DNA from: Promethearchaeota archaeon
GTDB lineage: Archaea; Asgardarchaeota; Lokiarchaeia; Sigyniarchaeales; SOKP01
Direction: 5' to 3'
NCBI GenBank assembly: GCA_048938005.1
Contig: JBHLMQ010000012.1
Coordinates: 12,038-76,037, forward strand
Length of the DNA stretch: 64,000 nucleotides
Part shown: piece after piece, positions 39,933 to 48,314 of the stretch
How positions within the stretch are numbered: the first letter of the stretch is position 1
Layout of the letters: each line of letters opens with the position of its first letter
Notes under the pieces: generated by a model
What the model was told of the DNA's origin: nothing
The model's input: the letters and a program-made list of their open reading frames with translations, nothing else
Database searches by the model: none
Translations under genes and position numbers: made by a program

Positions 39933-40079
39933 TTAGGGTTTCTTATATTGAATTAAATTCTGTAAGGGGCGATCAGGAAGATCTATACCATAAACTTCTT
40001 TACCTTTATTAATACAGAGATCAGTTAAATGGGATCCTAAAAAACCATTTGCTCCAGAAATAAGAATTTTTTCGCATAT
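39933..40079 (-). pseudogene. N-terminal remnant of an SDR nucleotide-sugar epimerase/dehydratase (frameshifted start, truncated after about 47 aa)
   Basis: My minus-strand translation gives CEKILISGANGFLGSHLTDLCINKGKEVYGIDLPDRPLQNLIQYKKP*, which includes a Rossmann GxxGxxG. The only ATG (complement 40075-40077) is out of frame by one base. Removing one A from the A6 run would give MRKILISGANGF. Confidence 0.5.
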
Positions 40080-40110
40080 TAAACTTAAAATTATTAATAT
40101 TAAATCTGAT

Positions 40111-41244
40111 TTATTTTAATAATCCTTTTTCTTTTAATTCTTGTATAGCTTTTTGTGAAGGTTTTTGAATATCATTTTTTTGTGTCTTGATCCAATTAAT
40201 TAAATCATCTATCCCTTCTTTAAAAGTAAGTGTTGGGGAATAACCTAATTTATTTTTTATTTTTGAAATATCTGCTACACTATGCCTTATATCACCAATT
40301 CTATATTGTTGATTATAGACTGGCTTTAATTCAGGATTAATTTTTTCAGTAATTAAATCTGCTACTTCCTTTATTGTTACTGGTATGCCAGTACCCACGT
40401 TAAAAATTTCACCGTTAGCAGCGTTTTTTTCCATAGCAAGAATCAAAGCTTGACAAACATCTTTTACATTCACAAAATCGCGTGATTGCATTCCATCTTC
40501 AAATATAATTGGAGGTTTTCCATAAAGTGCTTTAGTACTAAATATTGCACAAACACCTGTGTAGGGGTTTGAAAGAGCTTGTCTTGTGCCATAAACTAGA
40601 AAAAATCTTAACACAGTTGTATTTATTCCATAGGTATTACCAATCATCAAACTCATTTTTTCTTGAGCTTGCTTTGAGAACGCATAAATTGAACTAGGAT
40701 TACATGGTGAATTCTCATCTGTTAAAAGAGGTTTAACCTTAGATCTGCAATATGGGCAATCAAGTTCCCAATCTTTACGTTCCAATTGATCTTGTAGTCT
40801 TACTCGAGGGAAAACAACACCACATGTATTACACTGAGCTCTTCCCTCACCATACACGGTGTTAGATGATGCTATAACAACCTTTTTCACATTATGTTTA
40901 CTATTAACTAATATATCAAGTAAATTTGCTAAGCCAAGTATATTATTTTCTATATATTTTTCTACTTGATACATAGATTGGCTTACACCAACTATAGCTG
41001 CCAAATGGAAAATAATATCATTCTCTCCTACTAAATGTTCCAATTTTTTATAATCAGTTACAGAACCTAGAAAAAATTTCGAATTTTTATTTAAATAATC
41101 TGGAGGGTGATTGACATTTCCATGAACTTGTTCTTCTAAGATATCAAGAATAGAAACTTCATACCCTTTTTGATCAATTAATTTATCAACCAAATGGGAA
41201 CCAATAAAACCTGCTCCTCCAGTAACTAATACTTTTTTGGTCAT
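40111..41244 (-). CDS. NAD-dependent nucleotide-sugar epimerase/dehydratase carrying an internal Cys4 zinc-ribbon insertion
   Basis: VLVTGGAGFIGSHL, SSNTVYGEG, YAFSKQAQE. The insertion CNTCGVVFPRVRLQDQLERKDWELDCPYCRS lies between the SxxxYG and YxxxK blocks. Confidence 0.8.
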   Translation of the reverse strand: MTKKVLVTGGAGFIGSHLVDKLIDQKGYEVSILDILEEQVHGNVNHPPDYLNKNSKFFLGSVTDYKKLEHLVGENDIIFHLAAIVGVSQSMYQVEKYIENNILGLANLLDILVNSKHNVKKVVIASSNTVYGEGRAQCNTCGVVFPRVRLQDQLERKDWELDCPYCRSKVKPLLTDENSPCNPSSIYAFSKQAQEKMSLMIGNTYGINTTVLRFFLVYGTRQALSNPYTGVCAIFSTKALYGKPPIIFEDGMQSRDFVNVKDVCQALILAMEKNAANGEIFNVGTGIPVTIKEVADLITEKINPELKPVYNQQYRIGDIRHSVADISKIKNKLGYSPTLTFKEGIDDLINWIKTQKNDIQKPSQKAIQELKEKGLLK

Positions 41245-41418
41245 TTAATATTCTTAAGACTTATTTTAGATATTTTAATAGTTCATAAGTAATTATTTAA
41301 ATTAAAGAATATGATAAACTAATACTAAAAGTATATTTTTGTGTGATAGTAAAACTAATCAAATTTTTTAATGATTTATCACGAAAAAATTTGATATTTA
41401 AATAATTTTCCAATAACG

Positions 41419-42438
41419 GTGATTAATATGATAATTCGTTCAAAAGCACCATTCAGAGTGAGCTTTGGAGGAGGAGGAACAGATATGGCTCCCTATTGTA
41501 TTGAACATGGGGGCTGTGTGATAAACACTACAATTGATCGTCATATTTATATTACTTTAAAACCAAGAAAGGATAAAAATATCCATGTTTTTTCAATTAA
41601 TCTCAATAAAGAAGCAACTTTTAAAATTGGAGATAGAGACTACTCTAATGAATTTGAATTAATTAAAGGTATTATTCATGTTTTAGAAGTAAAAGATGGG
41701 TTTGATATCACGATATATTCGGAACTTCCTGCTGGTTCTGGAATGGGAGGTTCATCTTCTTTAACAGTCGCAATAATAGGAGCATTTAATAAATATTATA
41801 GATTAGGAATGCCTAAACATAAAATTGCACAAAAAGCATATGATATTGAACGTATCGAATTAAAACAGAAAGGTGGATATCAAGATCAATTTGCTGCCGC
41901 ATATGGGGGTCTAAATTTTATAGAATTCACCGAGGATGTAAAAGTAATTCCTATAATTGCTAGTGAAGAAATGTTAAATGAGCTCCAATTTCGTTTAATT
42001 TTATGTTATGTGGGAGGTTCTCATTTTTCTTCTAATATACAAGATGAAGTATTAAAAGGTTATGAAATTGAAAAGAAATCATATATAGAAGCAATGCAGG
42101 ATCTAAAAGATGTAGCCCATTATATGAGAAATATTGTAGAATCCAATAAAATAAATAAATTAAATGAATTTGGAGAACTATTACATAAAGGTTGGTTAGC
42201 AAAAAAGAGTTTAAGTACAAAAATCTCAAACAAAAAGATTGAGAATTTTTATTTAACTTCAAGGAAGTTTGGTGTTCTTGGAGGAAAATTACTTGGCGCA
42301 GGAGGAGGGGGCCATTTATTACTTTTTTCAGATTATGGTAAGAAATTTAAAATAATTCAAGAACTAGAAAAAATTGGTGGAAAAATTATAAATTTTCATT
42401 TTAACCCAAAAGGACTTGAAGTATGGGAAATAAAATAA
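41419..42438 (+). CDS. hddA: GHMP-family D-glycero-alpha-D-manno-heptose 7-phosphate kinase (HddA-like)
   Basis: KAPFRVSFGGGGTDMAPY (COG2605 signature), LPAGSGMGGSSSL (GHMP motif II), GAGGGGHLLLF. Confidence 0.75.
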   Translation: MINMIIRSKAPFRVSFGGGGTDMAPYCIEHGGCVINTTIDRHIYITLKPRKDKNIHVFSINLNKEATFKIGDRDYSNEFELIKGIIHVLEVKDGFDITIYSELPAGSGMGGSSSLTVAIIGAFNKYYRLGMPKHKIAQKAYDIERIELKQKGGYQDQFAAAYGGLNFIEFTEDVKVIPIIASEEMLNELQFRLILCYVGGSHFSSNIQDEVLKGYEIEKKSYIEAMQDLKDVAHYMRNIVESNKINKLNEFGELLHKGWLAKKSLSTKISNKKIENFYLTSRKFGVLGGKLLGAGGGGHLLLFSDYGKKFKIIQELEKIGGKIINFHFNPKGLEVWEIK

Positions 42439-42468
42439 TTAAAAGATAATTAAAAAAGAGAATATATT

Positions 42469-43035
42469 ATGGAAAATGAAATAATTTCAATTTTGGATGA
42501 AAATATCAAAATAAAAGAAGCTACAAAAGCTTTAACACCGACTATAGCAAAGATTTCTGAAAAAATAATAAATGCCTATAAGAATAGGAAAAAAGTTGTA
42601 CTTTTCGGAAATGGAGGAAGTGCAGCTGATGCTCAACACATAGCAGCTGAGTTTGTAGGAAAATTTTATCATGATCGTGATTCACTTCCTTCTTTAGCAT
42701 TTCATACGAATACCTCTATTCTTACTGCAATAGCTAATGATTTTGGCTATGAATTTGTGTTTGAAAGACAAGTGTCCTCGTTTGTGGATGAAGGAGATGT
42801 AGTTATTGGAATTAGCACATCAGGTAATTCTCCAAACGTAATAAAAGGTTTGATAAAAGCTAAAGAAAAAGGAGCAATTACAGTAGGCTTCACTGGCGAA
42901 AAAAAAAGTAAAGTTGAAGAAATTGCTGATATCTGTCTAAAGATACCTTCATCCGATACTCCAAGAATTCAGGAAGGCCATATAACTGTTGGACATATTA
43001 TTTGTTATTTAGTCGAAAAAGAATTTTTTGGATAA
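42469..43035 (+). CDS. gmhA: Phosphoheptose (sedoheptulose-7-phosphate) isomerase
   Basis: LFGNGGSAADAQHIAAEF, GISTSGNSPNV, QEGHITVGH. Confidence 0.9.
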   Translation: MENEIISILDENIKIKEATKALTPTIAKISEKIINAYKNRKKVVLFGNGGSAADAQHIAAEFVGKFYHDRDSLPSLAFHTNTSILTAIANDFGYEFVFERQVSSFVDEGDVVIGISTSGNSPNVIKGLIKAKEKGAITVGFTGEKKSKVEEIADICLKIPSSDTPRIQEGHITVGHIICYLVEKEFFG

Positions 43036-43045
43036 GCGACAATTT

Positions 43046-43681
43046 ATGAAAAAAATCGCAATTTCTATTCATGCAATAGAAGATTTTACACTAAATATTA
43101 TTAAGGGCCTAAAAGGTTTTGATTATATACATGTAGATGTCATGGATGGTAAATTTGTAAATAGCATTAATAATAATTTAAATGTTTTCCACCCTTTAAA
43201 AGAAACTTATAATACTCCAATAATTGCTCATTTAATGGTAATTAATCCATTTGATTATATTAAAAAAATTATTAAAAATATTGATATATTTTTATTTCAT
43301 CTTGAAGTATTAAATAATATTCGGGCAATAATAGAAGAAATCAGAAATAGTAAAAAAAAGGTTGGTCTTGCTATAAATCCAGAGACAAAAACTTCTGAAA
43401 TTATACCATATTTAAAAGAAATTGATCTTGTCTTGGTAATGAGTGTAAATCCTGGCTTGTCCGGTCAGGAATTCATTCCAAATTCTGTAAAAAAAGTAAA
43501 TAAGTTGGCTGAATTTAAAAAACATTATAATTTTGTTATCGATGTTGATGGTGGGATTAATTTAATAAACGCAAAACTATTAAAAAATGCAGATATATTA
43601 ACAAGCTCAAGCACTATTTTAAAAGCTAAGGATCCAAATAAAATACTTAAATTACTTAAAAAATCTGGTGAAAATGACTAA
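43046..43681 (+). CDS. rpe: Ribulose-phosphate 3-epimerase-like
   Basis: IHVDVMDGKFV, MSVNPGLSGQEF, IDVDGGIN. The ATG at 43046 is preferred over the track TTG at 43028. Confidence 0.75.
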   Translation: MKKIAISIHAIEDFTLNIIKGLKGFDYIHVDVMDGKFVNSINNNLNVFHPLKETYNTPIIAHLMVINPFDYIKKIIKNIDIFLFHLEVLNNIRAIIEEIRNSKKKVGLAINPETKTSEIIPYLKEIDLVLVMSVNPGLSGQEFIPNSVKKVNKLAEFKKHYNFVIDVDGGINLINAKLLKNADILTSSSTILKAKDPNKILKLLKKSGEND

Positions 43682-44216
43682 AAAAAGGAAGGCTATTTTT
43701 TTAGATAGAGATGGTGTGATAAATAAAGAAGTTAATTATCTTTCCAAACCCAATGATTTTGAATTTATTGAAGGATCAATTGACGCTTTAAAAATTCTGA
43801 AACAAAAAGGATACCTAATTATTGTTATTACTAATCAAGCTGGTATAGCAAAGGGATTTTTTACAGAAGAGACCCTTGAATCTATTCACAGTAAAATGAC
43901 AAGGATTTTAAAGCAAAATAATATAGAATTAGATGGTATTTATTATTGTCCCCACCATCCTGAATTTACTGGTCCATGCGATTGTAGGAAACCAAAACCC
44001 GGTATGATTCTGAAAGCACAATTAAAGTATAATATTGATTTAAATAATTCTTATATGGTTGGAGATACATTGAATGATATTGAAACAGGCAAATCAGCGA
44101 GATGCAAAACTATTTTAGTTTTAACTGGTTATGGAAAGGAAGAACAGAAAAAAAAAAGCTCGATAATACCAGACATGATATTTAAAAACTTAAAAGAATT
44201 TGCTATAAATATATAA
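43668..44216 (+). CDS. gmhB: D-glycero-D-manno-heptose 1,7-bisphosphate phosphatase (HAD)
   Basis: AIFLDRDGVINKE, ITNQAG, CDCRKPKPGM, MVGDTLNDIE. It overlaps rpe by 14 nt. Confidence 0.9.
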   Translation: MKMTKKRKAIFLDRDGVINKEVNYLSKPNDFEFIEGSIDALKILKQKGYLIIVITNQAGIAKGFFTEETLESIHSKMTRILKQNNIELDGIYYCPHHPEFTGPCDCRKPKPGMILKAQLKYNIDLNNSYMVGDTLNDIETGKSARCKTILVLTGYGKEEQKKKSSIIPDMIFKNLKEFAINI

Positions 44217-44260
44217 AACTAATAATTATTATAATCATCAAAATGTAATAGTGAAGTAGT

Positions 44261-44914
44261 ATGAAATTTTTCATAGATACCGCTAATTTAGAACAAATAA
44301 AAGAAATGCAAGAACTAGGTATAATCGATGGAGTTACTACAAATCCTACTTTATTAGCAAAAGAAGGAGCTGAACCTATAGAACAATTAAGAAAAATATG
44401 TGAACTGGTTGATGGACCTGTAAGTGGAGAAGTGATAGGATTAACTACTGAAGAAATGGTGAAAGAAGCTCGTGAATTAGCCAAAATTGCTCCTAATATA
44501 GTTGTTAAGATTCCCTTTACTAAGGATGGGATTAAAGCAGTTAAAATACTTGAACCTGAGGGAATAAAGACGAATGTTACACTCGTATTTTCACAGAATC
44601 AAATTTTAATTGCAGCAAAAGCAGGAGCTTCTTATATAAGTCCTTTTATAGGAAGATTAATGGATAATGGCCAAAATGAAATTGATATGTTATGGGAATC
44701 AATGGATATAATCCGGGCATATGATTTTAAATCTGAAATAATAGTTGCTTCTGTTAGAAACACTAGACATATTATTGAGGCTGCAAAGATGGGGGCGCAT
44801 ATTGCTACAATTCCTTTTTCTGTGCTTGAAAAAATGTTCAAACATCCAAATACAGATCAAGGGTTGAAAGCATTTCTCAAAGATTGGGAAAAATTACAAA
44901 GCGAATTAAAATAA
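44261..44914 (+). CDS. Short transaldolase / fructose-6-phosphate aldolase family (TalC/Fsa type)
   Basis: [34 protein letters not shown] (Schiff-base Lys), ISPFIGR. Confidence 0.9.
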   Translation: MKFFIDTANLEQIKEMQELGIIDGVTTNPTLLAKEGAEPIEQLRKICELVDGPVSGEVIGLTTEEMVKEARELAKIAPNIVVKIPFTKDGIKAVKILEPEGIKTNVTLVFSQNQILIAAKAGASYISPFIGRLMDNGQNEIDMLWESMDIIRAYDFKSEIIVASVRNTRHIIEAAKMGAHIATIPFSVLEKMFKHPNTDQGLKAFLKDWEKLQSELK

Positions 44915-44926
44915 CAATCTAATAAA

Positions 44927-45925
44927 ATGTCTCTTATTGATGAGATTTCCAAATGGAATAAAGAAAAAGTATTAATAATTGGAGATGCTTTAATAGATAA
45001 GTATATTTTCGGATATACCGATAAAATTTCTCCTGATGCACCAGTTCCAAATGTAAAAATAGAGAATAGTAATCTTTACATAGGTGCAATTGGATTAGTT
45101 TTACAATATATACAATCTTTAGGGGGAATTCCGGAAATTTGTACTATTATTGGTAGCGATTTTGAGGGAGATTTTTTTTTAAAAAAGGTTAAGGAGTTAA
45201 AATTAGATCCTTCAGGAATTCTCGTAGATGATAGTTTAAAAACACCTCAAATAACTCGAATAAAAGCAATGAATCAACATCTTTTACGTTTAGAAACTGA
45301 TTATAATAGTGATATATCTCAACCTATTATAGACAAGTTTAAAGATCGCATACTAAATATGTCTCAAGATATTGGCGCAATACTAATTTTAGACTATGGT
45401 TTAGAAGGAATATTCAAGGATATATTTATTCAGAAATTATTACGTTTTTTAAAAGAAAACTATAAAAACGCCCCTATTATTGTCCGTCCTACAAAATTCA
45501 ATTACTATCTCTATGAAAATGTAGAATTAATTAAGATGAATCTTCAGAAAGCTTTAGATACATTTTCAATCGATTGTTGCAATGAAACTAGTATAACAAT
45601 TGCGGGAAAAAGAATTTTAAACTCTTCAAAATGTAATAATGTTCTACTGAATTATTTAGAATTAGAATCTTTTCTCTTTTCAAAAGAAAATGAAAAAGTA
45701 GAAAAATTTAGTCCAATTTTGCAACAACCTGTAAGAAGTTATGTAGCTGTTGGTAGTGTTATAATGGCAGTACTGGGATTATCATTTGCTTCGGGAATTT
45801 CAGTTTTAAATGCAGTAAGAATTGCACTTTTTGCTGCTGCTTTTACGGCAACGCTTCCTCCTGTCGAATTTTATAAAATTGAGAAGCTTCATAATTATAT
45901 TTTAACTAAAATGAATAAATTATAA
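44927..45925 (+). CDS. HldE/RfaE domain-I-like PfkB-fold protein with degenerate active site (probable pseudokinase)
   Basis: The N-terminus VLIIGDALIDKYIFGYTDKISPDAPVP matches the RfaE kinase signature VVGD.mlD.Y..G...RiSPEAPVP. The position of the PfkB D-x-T-G-A-G-D motif reads SYVAVGS, and the GG loop reads IGAIG. Confidence 0.6.
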   Translation: MSLIDEISKWNKEKVLIIGDALIDKYIFGYTDKISPDAPVPNVKIENSNLYIGAIGLVLQYIQSLGGIPEICTIIGSDFEGDFFLKKVKELKLDPSGILVDDSLKTPQITRIKAMNQHLLRLETDYNSDISQPIIDKFKDRILNMSQDIGAILILDYGLEGIFKDIFIQKLLRFLKENYKNAPIIVRPTKFNYYLYENVELIKMNLQKALDTFSIDCCNETSITIAGKRILNSSKCNNVLLNYLELESFLFSKENEKVEKFSPILQQPVRSYVAVGSVIMAVLGLSFASGISVLNAVRIALFAAAFTATLPPVEFYKIEKLHNYILTKMNKL

Positions 45926-45946
45926 TTTACTCATTTAAATACTAGA

Positions 45947-46813
45947 ATGGAATTGTCTAAAGCTGATGAACAGAAAATCTTAATTGATATTCTGGATATC
46001 AAAAAAGATATTTTGATGATGATATATAAAGCCCAATCGGGTCATCCGGGAGGCTCATTATCGTGTGCTAATATCATATATCTCCTTTATAACTATATTA
46101 TGAGAATAAATCCTGAAAATCCTACATGGGAAGAAAGAGATATATTTATCTTAAGTAAAGGACATGCTGCACCTGCTTTATATGCTGTCTTATCAAATTT
46201 TGGTTTTATAAATAGGGGGGAATTATTTACTTTAAGGCAATTTGGTTCTAACTTACAAGGCCATCCTGTTAAAAATCCAGAATTCGGAATAGAAATATCT
46301 ACTGGATCTTTAGGAATGGGATTATCAATCGGTGTTGGGTGTGCATTAGCTGCTAAATTAGATTCTAAAAATAAATTAATTTATGTTTTATTAGGAGATG
46401 GAGAATTAAATGAAGGTGCTATATGGGAAGCAGCAATGTCAGCTAGTCATTATAAGTTAGATAATTTAATAGCAATTGTAGACCGAAACGGGCTACAAAT
46501 AGATGGATCTACAGAAGAGATAATGGCTTTAGAACCTTTAGCAGAAAAATGGAAAGCATTTGGTTGGGAAGTTATTGAAGTTGATGGTTCAAATCTAACA
46601 GAAATAATACATGGATTTGAAAGATTAAAAACTATAATTGGTAAACCTAAAGTAATCATATCTTATCTAATTAAAGGATCTGATGTATCATTTATGCAAC
46701 ATACTAAAAAATATCATGGACGAGCGCCAAACAAAGAGGAATATGAAATCGCGCTTAAAGAACTTGAAGATATCAAGGCGGAATTAATAAGAGGTGATAA
46801 ATCAAATGTCTGA
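45947..46813 (+). CDS. Transketolase, N-terminal (TPP-binding) subunit
   Basis: GHPGGSLS, LSKGHAAPALYA, GDGELNEG. Confidence 0.9.
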   Translation: MELSKADEQKILIDILDIKKDILMMIYKAQSGHPGGSLSCANIIYLLYNYIMRINPENPTWEERDIFILSKGHAAPALYAVLSNFGFINRGELFTLRQFGSNLQGHPVKNPEFGIEISTGSLGMGLSIGVGCALAAKLDSKNKLIYVLLGDGELNEGAIWEAAMSASHYKLDNLIAIVDRNGLQIDGSTEEIMALEPLAEKWKAFGWEVIEVDGSNLTEIIHGFERLKTIIGKPKVIISYLIKGSDVSFMQHTKKYHGRAPNKEEYEIALKELEDIKAELIRGDKSNV

Positions 46814-47729
46814 ATTACCTCTTAGAGATACATTTGGAACTTTTTTAGTTGAAAAAGGTAAAATATATAAAGATATGGTTGTTTTAGATGCTGATACGTC
46901 TTTTTCTACGAAAACCGTTAAATTTTCTAAAGCATTCCCCGATAAATTCTTTAATATGGGAATTGCTGAACAAAATATGTTAGGAACAGCATTAGGTTTT
47001 GCAATCTCAGGAAAAATTCCTATAGTTAGTGGTTTTTCTATATTTACGACAGGGAGAGCATGGGAATTTATAAGATTTGCTTGCCATGATAATTTAAATG
47101 TAAAAATAGTAACTACGCATGGCGGATTTGTTGGAGAAGATGGAAGCACTCATAATGCTTTAGAAGATTTAAGCTTAATGGCATCTCTTCCAAATTTAAA
47201 TGTTTTAATCCCTTCAGATAATATTGAATTACTTCAAATATTAGAATATTCTCTCAATCATAATGGTCCTTTTTATATAAGGCTACCAAGAGGAGCTTTT
47301 CCTAAAATTCATAATCAAATTTATAAATTTTCTATTGGAGAACCTGATATAATTAAAGAAGGAGAAGATATTTGCTTGATTGGAGTTGGATATGGGAGTA
47401 TTGTAGCATTAAAATCAGCACCGAAAATTGAAAAAAAACTTAAAATTTCTATTAAAGTAATTAATTTTCCAAGTATTAAACCAATTGATAATGCATTATT
47501 ATTAAAAGAGATTAAATCAGTAAAAGGAATTATTATAATAGAGGAGCATAATATTTACTGTGGCTTTGGAAGTATAATTGCAAGGATCATCTCTGAGAAT
47601 TATCCAAAAATCATGAAATTTATTGGAATCAATAATTCATTCGGTCAATCAGGTAAGAGAGAAATTTTATTAGACTCATATGGTTTAAATGAAAAAAAAA
47701 TAATTGAGCAAATAAAAAAAATTATTTAA
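46806..47729 (+). CDS. Transketolase, C-terminal (pyrimidine-binding) subunit
   Basis: FFNMGIAEQNMLG, GEDGSTHNALEDL. The ATG at 46806 follows GAGGTGA; the track GTG at 46794 is an alternative. It overlaps the upstream subunit gene. Confidence 0.9.
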   Translation: MSELPLRDTFGTFLVEKGKIYKDMVVLDADTSFSTKTVKFSKAFPDKFFNMGIAEQNMLGTALGFAISGKIPIVSGFSIFTTGRAWEFIRFACHDNLNVKIVTTHGGFVGEDGSTHNALEDLSLMASLPNLNVLIPSDNIELLQILEYSLNHNGPFYIRLPRGAFPKIHNQIYKFSIGEPDIIKEGEDICLIGVGYGSIVALKSAPKIEKKLKISIKVINFPSIKPIDNALLLKEIKSVKGIIIIEEHNIYCGFGSIIARIISENYPKIMKFIGINNSFGQSGKREILLDSYGLNEKKIIEQIKKII

Positions 47730-47761
47730 TTCTTAGTTTATTTAGCTAATAGATTTTTAGA

Positions 47762-48295
47762 TCAGTTTGGTAGGTATCCCTTTGAATCTAATGCGTCTAA
47801 TATTATTGCTTTACATTCTTCTAAAGTTTGTTTATCAGTTTCGACAACAATATCTACATTATCCGGCTCTTCAAAGGGATGATTAATTCCAGTAAAATCC
47901 TTTATTTCTCCTGCTCTTGCTTTGGCATACATCCCTTTTACATCACGTTTCTCACACTCTTCAAGACTACATTTTACATAAACTAGAATATAATTCCCGA
48001 TTTCTTTCCGAGAGTACGCTCTAATTTTATTGTATGGTGATACAAAAGAAGCAAGAACAACAACTCCATTCCGTGTTAGAAGCTTGGCTACAAATGTAAC
48101 TCTTTCAATATTCATATTTCTGTCCTCTTCACTAAATCCCAAATCTTTTGTTAGACTTTTTCTAACAATATCCCCATCAAGTCTTTCTACTTTCATTCCT
48201 TTCTCCTTTAAAGTTTCTGCAACTGCATCTGCTAATACTGATTTCCCAGAACAAGGGAGTCCTGTAAACCATAATGTAAATCCTTTATGTTCCAT
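47762..48295 (-). CDS. cysC: Adenylylsulfate (APS) kinase
   Basis: LWFTGLPCSGKS P-loop, LDGDIVR, FVSPY. Confidence 0.9.
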   Translation of the reverse strand: MEHKGFTLWFTGLPCSGKSVLADAVAETLKEKGMKVERLDGDIVRKSLTKDLGFSEEDRNMNIERVTFVAKLLTRNGVVVLASFVSPYNKIRAYSRKEIGNYILVYVKCSLEECEKRDVKGMYAKARAGEIKDFTGINHPFEEPDNVDIVVETDKQTLEECKAIILDALDSKGYLPN

Positions 48296-48314
48296 CTTTT
48301 TTATTTTACTTATT

